A DNA stretch of 64,000 nucleotides from Lachnospiraceae bacterium (GTDB lineage Bacteria > Bacillota > Clostridia > Lachnospirales > Lachnospiraceae). Positions 26,158 to 35,300 of this stretch are shown piece after piece (the first letter of the stretch is position 1; every line of letters begins with the position of its first letter). Both the position numbers and the translations under genes were made by a program. Location: NCBI GenBank assembly GCA_045598045.1, contig JAZLLG010000033.1:4456-68455 (forward strand). Reading direction: 5' to 3'. A model generated the notes under the pieces. That model saw only the letters and a list, made by a program, of their open reading frames with translations, searched no databases and had not been told where the DNA came from.

Positions 26158-26880
26158 ATGAAACTGCAAAGACTTATGAGCCTTACAAGAAAGGCTGTTG
26201 ATGAATTTAATATGATTTCCGAGGGTGACAAGATTGCTGTTGGCATTTCAGGCGGCAAAGACAGTCTTGCCCTTCTTTATGCGCTTGCAAACATGCGTGT
26301 CTTCTATCCTAAAAAGTACGAACTCATAGCCATCACAATAGATCTTGGCTTTGAGGGCTTTGATTTAAGCCGTATACAGGCGCTTTGCGAAGAACTCAAT
26401 GTCCCTTATCACATTGTAAAAACCGAAATTAAAGATATTGTTTTTGACACACGTCAGGAGACAAATCCATGTTCTCTTTGTGCAAAGATGCGTAAGGGAG
26501 CATTTAACGATGAAGCAAAACGTCTCGGGTGCAATAAAGCAGCCTATGCTCATCATAAGGACGACGTTATTGACACAATGCTTATGTCGCTTATATATGA
26601 AGGGCGCTTCTATACGTTCTCTCCTGTCACGTATCTTGACCGAATGGACATTACCCTTATAAGGCCTCTTCTTTATGTAAACGAAGCCGACATCGTCGGT
26701 TTCGAGCACCTTTACAACGTTCCTGTAACAAAAAACCCCTGTCCGGCGGACGGGGTTACCAAGCGTGAGTATGTGCGTGATCTCATTAAGCAGATTAATG
26801 CAGATTCACCGGGTCTTCGTGAACGTTTGTTTCATGCCATAACAGACAGCACACTTCCTAGTTGGCAGAAGAAAAATTAA
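26158..26880 (+). CDS. ttcA: TtcA-family PP-loop ATPase (tRNA 2-thiocytidine synthetase-like)
   Basis: It has the PP-loop GISGGKDS, a CxxC motif (CSLCAKMRKG) and a later Cys (NPCPADG). The N-terminal LTRKAVDEFNMISEGDKI aligns with the conserved TtcA N-terminus, so the start must be at or before 26176. Confidence 0.8.
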   Translation: MKLQRLMSLTRKAVDEFNMISEGDKIAVGISGGKDSLALLYALANMRVFYPKKYELIAITIDLGFEGFDLSRIQALCEELNVPYHIVKTEIKDIVFDTRQETNPCSLCAKMRKGAFNDEAKRLGCNKAAYAHHKDDVIDTMLMSLIYEGRFYTFSPVTYLDRMDITLIRPLLYVNEADIVGFEHLYNVPVTKNPCPADGVTKREYVRDLIKQINADSPGLRERLFHAITDSTLPSWQKKN

Positions 26881-27208
26881 CTTCCTTGCCATCTTTCCAA
26901 ATTCTCTCAAGGTTGTAGAAATCCCTTGCTTCACGTGAGAAAATATGGAGAATTACGTTTGCTGCATCCATAAGAATCCATCCTGAAGCTGAATTGCCTT
27001 CAACCTTAACCTCCTCTACACCTGCCTTGGCAAAAGCTTCAAGGGCAAAGTCTGTAAGCGCATCCATCTGGGGCTGGTTTGCAGCGTTTGTGATAACAAA
27101 ATAATCAGTCATTACGGAAAGACCTGTAATGTCAATTACCTTAACAGCCTCTGCTTTTTTATCTTCAAGTGCTGAAACAAGTGATTTAAGTAGTTCTTTA
27201 TCTTCCAT
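26858..27208 (-). CDS. rsfS: ribosome silencing factor RsfS
   Basis: 116 aa with the motifs IDITGLSVMTDYFVITNAANQPQMDAL and ILHIFSREARDFYNLERIW. Confidence 0.9.
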   Translation of the reverse strand: MEDKELLKSLVSALEDKKAEAVKVIDITGLSVMTDYFVITNAANQPQMDALTDFALEAFAKAGVEEVKVEGNSASGWILMDAANVILHIFSREARDFYNLERIWKDGKEVNFSSAN

Positions 27209-27809
27209 TTTCTTTGTCCTCTTTAACTTTCTTTTTGTAGAACTCCATAGTTACAATCGATTGCGGATCTATGCTTTCCGGACGTGTCTTGATGTATGAA
27301 TTGACATTCATAAGTATAAGAACCGTTGCAAGGTCAATATCTTTAAATGCAAGTGCACGAAGCCGGTCAAGCGACGGCTCGGTTTTTTGAGTCCGCATGG
27401 GCTCAAGGAAATCCGCACAGAATACAATTTGCTCAAGTCTTGACATGTTTTCACGTCCGACTGTATGATTGCTTATTGCGTTTATTATGTCTTCGTCTTC
27501 GATATCATACAGTGCTTTTGCAAGATAAGCACCATAACGTGGGTGAATTAAGCCCGGATTTCGTCTTTCGGCATCTGTCAGCCGGACCTTGTCATAATCG
27601 CACAGCTCAATTAACGTATTGTTGTCTATTTCTTTTGCGTTGTCATGAAGTATGCCGGCAACAAGCGCTTTATCCCCCGGAACACCGTATACATATGCAA
27701 GACTTGCAGACAGGTAAGCTACGCCGACAGAATGCATGTAGCGCTTTGGAGAAAGCTTATCCTGCATAAGTCTGAAGTAATTATTTATCTGTTCGTTTGT
27801 ATATGACAA
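27198..27809 (-). CDS. yqeK: HD-domain protein YqeK (bis(5'-nucleosyl)-tetraphosphatase-like)
   Basis: 203 aa with the HD motifs MHSVGVA and ILHDNAKE. The start is a TTG after AAGGTGGG. It lies between nadD and rsfS, as in other Firmicutes. Confidence 0.85.
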   Translation of the reverse strand: MSYTNEQINNYFRLMQDKLSPKRYMHSVGVAYLSASLAYVYGVPGDKALVAGILHDNAKEIDNNTLIELCDYDKVRLTDAERRNPGLIHPRYGAYLAKALYDIEDEDIINAISNHTVGRENMSRLEQIVFCADFLEPMRTQKTEPSLDRLRALAFKDIDLATVLILMNVNSYIKTRPESIDPQSIVTMEFYKKKVKEDKENGR

Positions 27810-27824
27810 AGTACCATCCCACCT

Positions 27825-28439
27825 TTACTTAACGCCGTAAAGCTTGTTTTTTTTAATATATTTTAATACCTCGGGAGTTACATATTCACATTCATCCGTT
27901 TCAGAAAGACACTCGCGAATTTCGGTAGATGAAACATCCATCTGTTTGAATTTTATGATTTCAACTTTTCCGCCGAATTTCTTTTGAATCTTATACTTAT
28001 AGTATCGAAGGCTTCTGTCTGAAAGACCGTCACGCCCGGCAACAAGAAGGGTACACAGCTTTGAAATGACTTCCGGCTTAACCCATGTGCAGAATTTTTT
28101 AAGGGAGTCACCTCCGATAATAAAATACCATTCGGTTTCGGGCTCAAGCTTGTTTAAGAGCTGAAGGGTTTCGTATGTATAAGTGTTTCCCTCACGTCTG
28201 TATTCAAAATCAGAAGCAAAATATCCGGCTTTTTCACCGCCGAGAGCTTTCGTTGCAAGCTTTACCATATTAAGCCTGTGAGTTTCTGATTCAAGATCGC
28301 TTGTATCTTTATATGTAGGTTTTTTGGAGGGCATTATTATAAGTTCATCAAGCCCGAACTGCTCTTTAGCAGCTTTTGCAAGTTCAAGGTGAGCATAATG
28401 AATCGGGTTGAAGCTGCCTCCGAGAATGCCTTTTTTCAT
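27825..28439 (-). CDS. nadD: nicotinate-nucleotide adenylyltransferase
   Basis: 204 aa with GGSFNPIHYAH (the HxGH-type motif) and a C-terminal SSTEIR. Confidence 0.9.
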   Translation of the reverse strand: MKKGILGGSFNPIHYAHLELAKAAKEQFGLDELIIMPSKKPTYKDTSDLESETHRLNMVKLATKALGGEKAGYFASDFEYRREGNTYTYETLQLLNKLEPETEWYFIIGGDSLKKFCTWVKPEVISKLCTLLVAGRDGLSDRSLRYYKYKIQKKFGGKVEIIKFKQMDVSSTEIRECLSETDECEYVTPEVLKYIKKNKLYGVK

Positions 28440-28448
28440 GACTTTTAC

Positions 28449-28745
28449 CTATGGAAGAACAATCTTTCTCTTCTTCTCTTCTTTTGCCTGTTTATAAAGA
28501 ACAATTTTCTTGCCGACAACAGATACAATGTCGGAGTGAGTTCTGTCGGAAAGTATTCCGGCAAGCTCCTTGGGATCGTCTTCACAATTCTTAAGAACCG
28601 AAATCTTTATCATTTCACGTGCTTCAAGAACTTCAATAATTGCTTCGGTAAATTCAGGTGTAAGGCTGTTTTTTCCGATTTGGAATATAGGGTCAAGGTT
28701 CTGGCCGAGGCCACGAAGATATGCTCTTTGCTTTGTGGTAATCAT
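28449..28745 (-). CDS. yhbY: YhbY-like CRM-domain RNA-binding protein
   Basis: 98 aa with the motif KQRAYLRGLGQNLDPIFQIGKNSLT. Confidence 0.85.
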   Translation of the reverse strand: MITTKQRAYLRGLGQNLDPIFQIGKNSLTPEFTEAIIEVLEAREMIKISVLKNCEDDPKELAGILSDRTHSDIVSVVGKKIVLYKQAKEEKKRKIVLP

Positions 28746-28760
28746 ATTATATCCTTCCTG

Positions 28761-30059
<1,299 letters not shown>

Positions 30060-30123
30060 CTACCTCGTTTTCCTTGCAATACAGTAAATCTGTACCACTC
30101 ACCAAGTTGTTATGAATTAATTT

Positions 30124-30162
30124 TAGAAGAAAAGAAGCCCCGAACGAAGAGGTTCAGGGCTT
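30124..30162 (-). terminator. intrinsic terminator or attenuator between rpmA and obg
   Basis: On the - strand the hairpin is aagccctgaac-ctcttc-gttcggggctt, 11 bp with one G-U pair. It is followed by CUUUUCUUCU. Confidence 0.55.
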
Positions 30163-30168
30163 TAATTC

Positions 30169-30462
30169 TTACTGTTCGGATTCTTCTACAGGATAAACAG
30201 AAGCCTGCTTCTTGTCTTTTCCTAATCTCTCGAACTTTAATACGCCATCAACGAGCGCATATAATGTGTCATCGCCACCGCGTCCAACGTTTACACCGGG
30301 ATGAATCTTTGTTCCACGCTGTCTGTAAAGAATGTTGCCTGCAAGTACAAACTGACCGTCTGCACGCTTGGCACCAAGTCTTTTGGACTCAGAATCTCTG
30401 CCGTTCTTTGTTGAACCAACGCCCTTTTTATGAGCGAATAACTGAAGGTTCATCTTAAACAT
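30169..30462 (-). CDS. rpmA: 50S ribosomal protein L27 (with N-terminal pro-peptide)
   Basis: 97 aa. The N-terminus [24 protein letters not shown] shows the Prp cleavage motif typical of Firmicutes. Confidence 0.95.
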   Translation of the reverse strand: MFKMNLQLFAHKKGVGSTKNGRDSESKRLGAKRADGQFVLAGNILYRQRGTKIHPGVNVGRGGDDTLYALVDGVLKFERLGKDKKQASVYPVEESEQ

Positions 30463-30475
30463 TTTGCTTACCTCC

Positions 30476-30790
30476 TTAAATAATCAGTTTAACGAATGCT
30501 TCCCCGTACTCTTTAACAATTGACTGTATTCCGAGAACAAAGGAAGAAAGGATTAAAGAACTTTCCTTTGAAATGTCTTCGACAAGTATGAGTTCCAGAA
30601 AGCCGTCTTCCTGCTTAGCGGAAAACTTATCTTCTGTGAAAGCTTCGATGGAATTTACTGCATTAAGTGCAAGAACAGAAACTGCCGCACATACGATGTC
30701 AGAACCCTTTTTTGCGAAACCTGCGTGACCTTCGGAACGAAAGCCGCACAACTCATTTTCGTCATTGTAGATAGTTGTTACTTTAATCAT
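30476..30790 (-). CDS. prp: ribosomal-processing cysteine protease Prp
   Basis: 104 aa lying between rplU and rpmA. It carries the conserved GHAG and VCAAVS (catalytic Cys) motifs. Confidence 0.85.
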   Translation of the reverse strand: MIKVTTIYNDENELCGFRSEGHAGFAKKGSDIVCAAVSVLALNAVNSIEAFTEDKFSAKQEDGFLELILVEDISKESSLILSSFVLGIQSIVKEYGEAFVKLII

Positions 30791-30792
30791 GA

Positions 30793-31101
30793 TTAAGCAT
30801 TGATCTTCTCAATCTTAACACGAGTATAATTCTGTCTGTGGCCGTTCTTGTTATGATAGCCGGACTTTCTCTTATACTTGTAAACAATTACCTTTTTACC
30901 CTTAACATCGCCGATAACTGATGCTTTAACGGATGCTCCGGATACGGTAGGATTTCCGACTTTCATTTCTCCGTTGTTTACTGCGAGAACCTGATCAAAT
31001 GTGTAGTCTGCACCTGCTTCAACGCCGAGCTTTTCTACATTAATGATATCGCCTTCTGCTACCTTGTATTGCTTACCACCTGTTGCAATAATAGCGTACA
31101 T
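30793..31101 (-). CDS. rplU: 50S ribosomal protein L21
   Basis: 102 aa with the motifs MYAIIATGGKQYKV and HRQNYTRVKI. Confidence 0.95.
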   Translation of the reverse strand: MYAIIATGGKQYKVAEGDIINVEKLGVEAGADYTFDQVLAVNNGEMKVGNPTVSGASVKASVIGDVKGKKVIVYKYKRKSGYHNKNGHRQNYTRVKIEKINA

Positions 31102-31244
31102 ATTGGCACCTCCATTTTAAATTACTCGCCAATTTTGGAGTTTACTGTTCTGCCTTTCGGCTTTGTTTCGGTAGTTTATCTCTTCTCGGGGAGATAAATG
31201 CGAACAGCAAAACTTAGAGCCCTAATTGTGCGGCATACTGAACA
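31102..31244 (-). promoter_or_regulatory. structured 5' leader of rplU-prp-rpmA (possible L21-leader type element)
   Basis: The leader is about 140 nt, running from the predicted TSS to the rplU ATG. It contains the hairpins uuuaucuc-cccgagaa-gagauaaa and gcc-gaaa-ggc. Ribosomal-protein leaders upstream of rplU are known in Firmicutes, but the family assignment has not been verified here. Confidence 0.4.
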
Positions 31245-31273
31245 TTTATATCACGAACTTTATTGTTTGTCAA
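31245..31273 (-). promoter_or_regulatory. sigma-A type promoter for rplU-prp-rpmA
   Basis: On the - strand: TTGACA (31268-31273), a 17-nt spacer, then TATAAA (31245-31250), preceded by TGa. Confidence 0.6.
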
Positions 31274-31308
31274 TAAAGTATTTTGATTTGAACGAAAAAA
31301 TAAAACAT

Positions 31309-32511
31309 TTAATCTAAAGCGGAATTAAGCTGTTCCGAAAGGCATTTATACGTCTTTCTTCTTGTGAGCTCCACCAGCCCGAGCCTGGTAATATCCATAA
31401 GGTCAGTAGCAACCGGATCGGGCTTAATGTATTTTTTGAGTTCTTCAAGAAGACCGTCCTCCTGCTCTTTTTCGGTCATATTGATGAAATCGATGAGAAT
31501 TATTCCGGAAAGGTTGCGAAGACGTATCTGATATGCAATCTCTTTGGCTGCTTCAACATTTACTTCATAAAACATTTTAGTGTTTATTCGCTTGCCCGTG
31601 ATAGCTTTGCTTGTATTTACGTCAATTGCGGTAAGTGCTTCCGTCTGATCGATGACTATCGAAGCACCACTGTTAAGATTAATTATCCGCTTTGTAGCAA
31701 GTTCCATAAAATGATCGATTTTATAAACGATTTTAAGCATGTTGGAATCCTTTTCAAGCACAAGCTGGGTAAAGGCTCCCTTTTCATTTACGAGAGGAAA
31801 ATGCTTGAGATATCCGGCAACGTCATCATATACAGAAGGTATGTCGGTGCATATCTTGTCGTAAAGGAAAGAATTGGTATCGCGAAGCTGTAACAGATAT
31901 GCGGGAAGTTCCTTATAAAGAACAGTAAACTTTACTGCGTGAACTGCGTATTCACGTATGTTTCTGTAACGCTTTACAAGCTGCTTTGCTTCATCAAGAA
32001 TTTCTTGGTCGTCAGCATATGCGGAGTTTGTACGAGCTATTATGCAATAGTCTTCATCCTCATATACCGAAAGAAGCTCTTTAAGATGCTCTTTTACGGT
32101 TTTCTTCGTGATCTTCTTTGAAACCTGGACTCCGGAACCGGAACGAACGATGGTAACATATTTACCGGTAATGGAAATACGGCCTGTTACAACAGGAGCC
32201 TTTGTTTTCATTGCTTCTTTGATGAGCTGAACAACGATTTCGTCACCGATGCAAATTCTGTCTTTGGACTGACGTTTAACAAAAATCGCGTCTGCAGCGG
32301 TATCAAGGCTTAAATAGCATGTTGTGTTTTCATTGATACGAACAAAAGCTGCATTTATATTTGAAACAATGTTGTCTATATGTGCGACAAAAATCGACCC
32401 CATCTCATGATTGGATGTAGTATTGATGACATTTACGGTCGTCATTTTGCCGTCATTGAAAAGGGCGCTGATTTCTTTGCCCTGATATGTTGTAATAACA
32501 AGTTCGTTCAT
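31309..32511 (-). CDS. rng: RNase E/G-family ribonuclease (compact RNase G-like)
   Basis: 400 aa with an N-terminal S1-like domain (GSIFVAHIDNIVSNINAAFVRI). The catalytic-core motifs are ALTAIDVNTSK and GIILIDFINM. Confidence 0.85.
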   Translation of the reverse strand: MNELVITTYQGKEISALFNDGKMTTVNVINTTSNHEMGSIFVAHIDNIVSNINAAFVRINENTTCYLSLDTAADAIFVKRQSKDRICIGDEIVVQLIKEAMKTKAPVVTGRISITGKYVTIVRSGSGVQVSKKITKKTVKEHLKELLSVYEDEDYCIIARTNSAYADDQEILDEAKQLVKRYRNIREYAVHAVKFTVLYKELPAYLLQLRDTNSFLYDKICTDIPSVYDDVAGYLKHFPLVNEKGAFTQLVLEKDSNMLKIVYKIDHFMELATKRIINLNSGASIVIDQTEALTAIDVNTSKAITGKRINTKMFYEVNVEAAKEIAYQIRLRNLSGIILIDFINMTEKEQEDGLLEELKKYIKPDPVATDLMDITRLGLVELTRRKTYKCLSEQLNSALD

Positions 32512-32513
32512 GG

Positions 32514-33257
32514 TTAGTTCCTGTGGAATTTATATATTGGAATAAGATTATCTTTTTCACCCGTATAGCTTTCAAGTCTGTGAACATGATATTCGTATGG
32601 ATTGTATGACACACCCATCCATTCATAAAATGCTTTCATTACAAGCTCGGGACGAATATGTGTCTGTCCGGCGGAAAGGAGCATATAAATGCAGAACCCG
32701 TTATCAAAGCTGCCTGAGAAGGCGGTAGTTTCTGCTTTTATCTGCGTCTTATATATGAGAGGAATGATATCAATGTCATTATCTCCCGCTTTTGTTGTCT
32801 TTACGGTTATTATTTCTTTTTGCGCAACAAACTCGATAAATTTAGAATATAAATATTCGTTTGTCAAGTCTTTTTCAAAGCCGTCTTTTCGAAGGACAAC
32901 ATAATCCGATGCCGTAACAAGAGCCATAACAGACTCCTTCTTTGTCTGTGAAGGAGTTTCCGGAAGAAGACATACGTCGAAAACTTTGAATCCGTCCGGC
33001 ATTTCCGCATCAAGACGGTCTCTTATATCTTCTTCGGAAGTTATGTTGTTTAAATCCATATCAAAATATTCGGCTTCACTTGTCTGACCAAGTCCAAGAG
33101 GCGCCGCAAAACTCATAATCTGATGCGGATGATAACCGGAAGAATAAGTAACGTCTATTCCGGCACGTCTTATGGCTTTCTGGAAAAACCTGAGCACATC
33201 AAGGTGCGACAGGAATTTCATATTACCGAATTTGGCAAATTTAACTCTTACTGTCAT
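32514..33257 (-). CDS. radical SAM-linked protein (TIGR03936 / DUF2344 type)
   Basis: 247 aa. The N-terminal pattern is VRVKFAKFGNMKFLSHLDVLRFFQKAIRRAGIDVTYSSGYHPHQIMSFAAPLGLG. The ATG overlaps the stop of the upstream radical SAM gene. Confidence 0.75.
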   Translation of the reverse strand: MTVRVKFAKFGNMKFLSHLDVLRFFQKAIRRAGIDVTYSSGYHPHQIMSFAAPLGLGQTSEAEYFDMDLNNITSEEDIRDRLDAEMPDGFKVFDVCLLPETPSQTKKESVMALVTASDYVVLRKDGFEKDLTNEYLYSKFIEFVAQKEIITVKTTKAGDNDIDIIPLIYKTQIKAETTAFSGSFDNGFCIYMLLSAGQTHIRPELVMKAFYEWMGVSYNPYEYHVHRLESYTGEKDNLIPIYKFHRN

Positions 33258-35122
33258 TTTTCTTTCTCCTCATAGCAGACACCACCGTGGAATTCAAAAG
33301 CTCCGCATTTAGCACAGCCCTTTCTGCAGTTAGGAGTCACTTTTTCATTTATTCCGTTGATGTATTCTCTGCGAAGGAAGTCCTTCGTTACGCCCGCGTT
33401 AATGAAATCCCACGGGAAAATTTCGTTTTCACCGCGTTTACGGTAAATGTAAAAATTGAGGTCTATACCATCCTTCTCAAGAAGGCTGTTCCAGACTTCA
33501 GGTTTAAAGCTTTCTGTCCATGCGTCAAAAATGCAGCCCGAAGCATATGCATCCTCAATGAGCTTTGAAAGTCGTCTGTCTCCGCGTGCAAAAAGTCCTT
33601 CGAGAATTGTTGTTTCGGAGTCATGCCAATGGTATTTAATTGAGCGCTGATTTAACTGTTCTCTGACTTTCGAACTTAAGAAATGAGCTTTGTCTTCAAA
33701 CTGCTTTGCGGTATTCATGCCGACCCACTGGAAAGGAGTAAAAGGTTTCGGAACGAAGAAACTTGTGGAAACCTGGATTTCACATTTGCCATGGCGTTCT
33801 TCTTTTGGAATTTCGTAGTACTTTTCTGCAATTTTTTCAGCAAGAAGAGCTATTTCTTCGATATCTTTTTCGTTTTCGGTCGGCTGACCGAGCATAAAAT
33901 ACAGTTTTACTTTATTCCATCCGGATTTGAAAGCATCACCGGAGCCTTGAAGAATGTTCTCTTCGGTCAACCCCTTATTAATAACATTCCTGAGCCTCTG
34001 AGAGCCTGCTTCGGGAGCAAAAGTAAGTGAACTCTTCTTAATATCCTGAACTTTACTCATTACGTCAAGCGAAAATGCATCGATTCGAAGGGAAGGAAGC
34101 GAAATATTCACTCCCTGCTTTTTAAATTCGTCAATGAGATAATATACAAGTTCGGGAAGTTCTTTATAATCACTGGAGCTGAGGGAGGAAAGCGTTATCT
34201 CCTCATGTCCGGTGTTTTTAATCATTTTAACGGCCTGTTTTTTGAGGAATTCGACATCACGTTCTCTAATGGGTCTGTAAAGCATTCCCGCCTGGCAGAA
34301 ACGGCATCCTCTTATGCAACCTCGCTGAATCTCAAGCGTTACTTTATCCTGAACAACCTGAAGATAAGGAACAATCGGTGCATCCGGATAAAATGTGTTT
34401 GAAAGTTCCATCTCAACCTGTTTACGAATCATCTGCTTTGCATGACTGTTGTTCGGCTTAAACTCTTTGATTGAACAATCATCGTTATAATCGACATCAT
34501 AGAACATGGGAACATATATTCCGTCTATTTCGGATATCTTTTCAAGAAACTCACGTCTTGTCCCGCCGTTTTTACGATTTTCCCTGTAGATATCGATTAT
34601 ATTTTTATAAGCAGTTTCACCTTCACCTATATAAAAGAAATCAAAGAAATCAGCGATGGGCTCGGGATTGTATGTGCACGGTCCGCCACCGACAACAATG
34701 GGATCGTCTTCAGTTCTGTCACAAGCGTGAAGCGGAATGTTCGAAAGATCGAGAATCTGAAGGATGTTTGTGTAGCACATTTCATATTGAATCGTAATTC
34801 CGAGAAAATCAAAGCTTTTGACGGGATCCTGAGATTCAAGCGCAAAAAGCGGAATCTTCTTTTCGCGCATAACTTTATCAAGATCATGCCAGGGAGAATA
34901 AACTCTTTCGCACCACACACCTTCAAAGGAATTAAACATATCGTAAAGAATCTGAATGCCAAGATGGCTCATACCGATTTCGTAAACATCGGGAAAGCAC
35001 ATACAGAATCTGACATCCACATCTTTCCCGTCTTTCATTACACAGTTCACTTCTCCGCCTATGTAACGGACAGGTTTTTCTATGTTCAGGAGTATTTCAT
35101 CCGATAAAGCTATCTTTTGCAT
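33254..35122 (-). CDS. B12-binding-domain radical SAM protein (TIGR03960 type), function unknown
   Basis: About 622 aa with the radical SAM cluster motif RGCIRGCRFCQAG. I place the start at the ATG at 35122, 6 nt after GAGGTG. The track start at 35131 is a GTG that overlaps that RBS. Confidence 0.8.
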   Translation of the reverse strand: MQKIALSDEILLNIEKPVRYIGGEVNCVMKDGKDVDVRFCMCFPDVYEIGMSHLGIQILYDMFNSFEGVWCERVYSPWHDLDKVMREKKIPLFALESQDPVKSFDFLGITIQYEMCYTNILQILDLSNIPLHACDRTEDDPIVVGGGPCTYNPEPIADFFDFFYIGEGETAYKNIIDIYRENRKNGGTRREFLEKISEIDGIYVPMFYDVDYNDDCSIKEFKPNNSHAKQMIRKQVEMELSNTFYPDAPIVPYLQVVQDKVTLEIQRGCIRGCRFCQAGMLYRPIRERDVEFLKKQAVKMIKNTGHEEITLSSLSSSDYKELPELVYYLIDEFKKQGVNISLPSLRIDAFSLDVMSKVQDIKKSSLTFAPEAGSQRLRNVINKGLTEENILQGSGDAFKSGWNKVKLYFMLGQPTENEKDIEEIALLAEKIAEKYYEIPKEERHGKCEIQVSTSFFVPKPFTPFQWVGMNTAKQFEDKAHFLSSKVREQLNQRSIKYHWHDSETTILEGLFARGDRRLSKLIEDAYASGCIFDAWTESFKPEVWNSLLEKDGIDLNFYIYRKRGENEIFPWDFINAGVTKDFLRREYINGINEKVTPNCRKGCAKCGAFEFHGGVCYEEKEK

Positions 35123-35235
35123 TACATACACCTCATATACGTCTTTAGCCGAACTATTTTACCACAATTTTTGTAATTAAACAAACAATTTTATTCTGCA
35201 TAGGACATCATGGTATGCAAATTGGGGGTGAACGC

Positions 35236-35264
35236 TTTACAAACAGCATACATAAAGATATACT
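35236..35264 (+). promoter_or_regulatory. sigma-A type promoter for the zinc-ribbon membrane protein gene
   Basis: TTTACA (35236-35241), a 17-nt spacer, then TATACT (35259-35264). Confidence 0.5.
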
Positions 35265-35300
35265 ATATTTTATTATGTATCACTTTAAAGGAGAATATTT

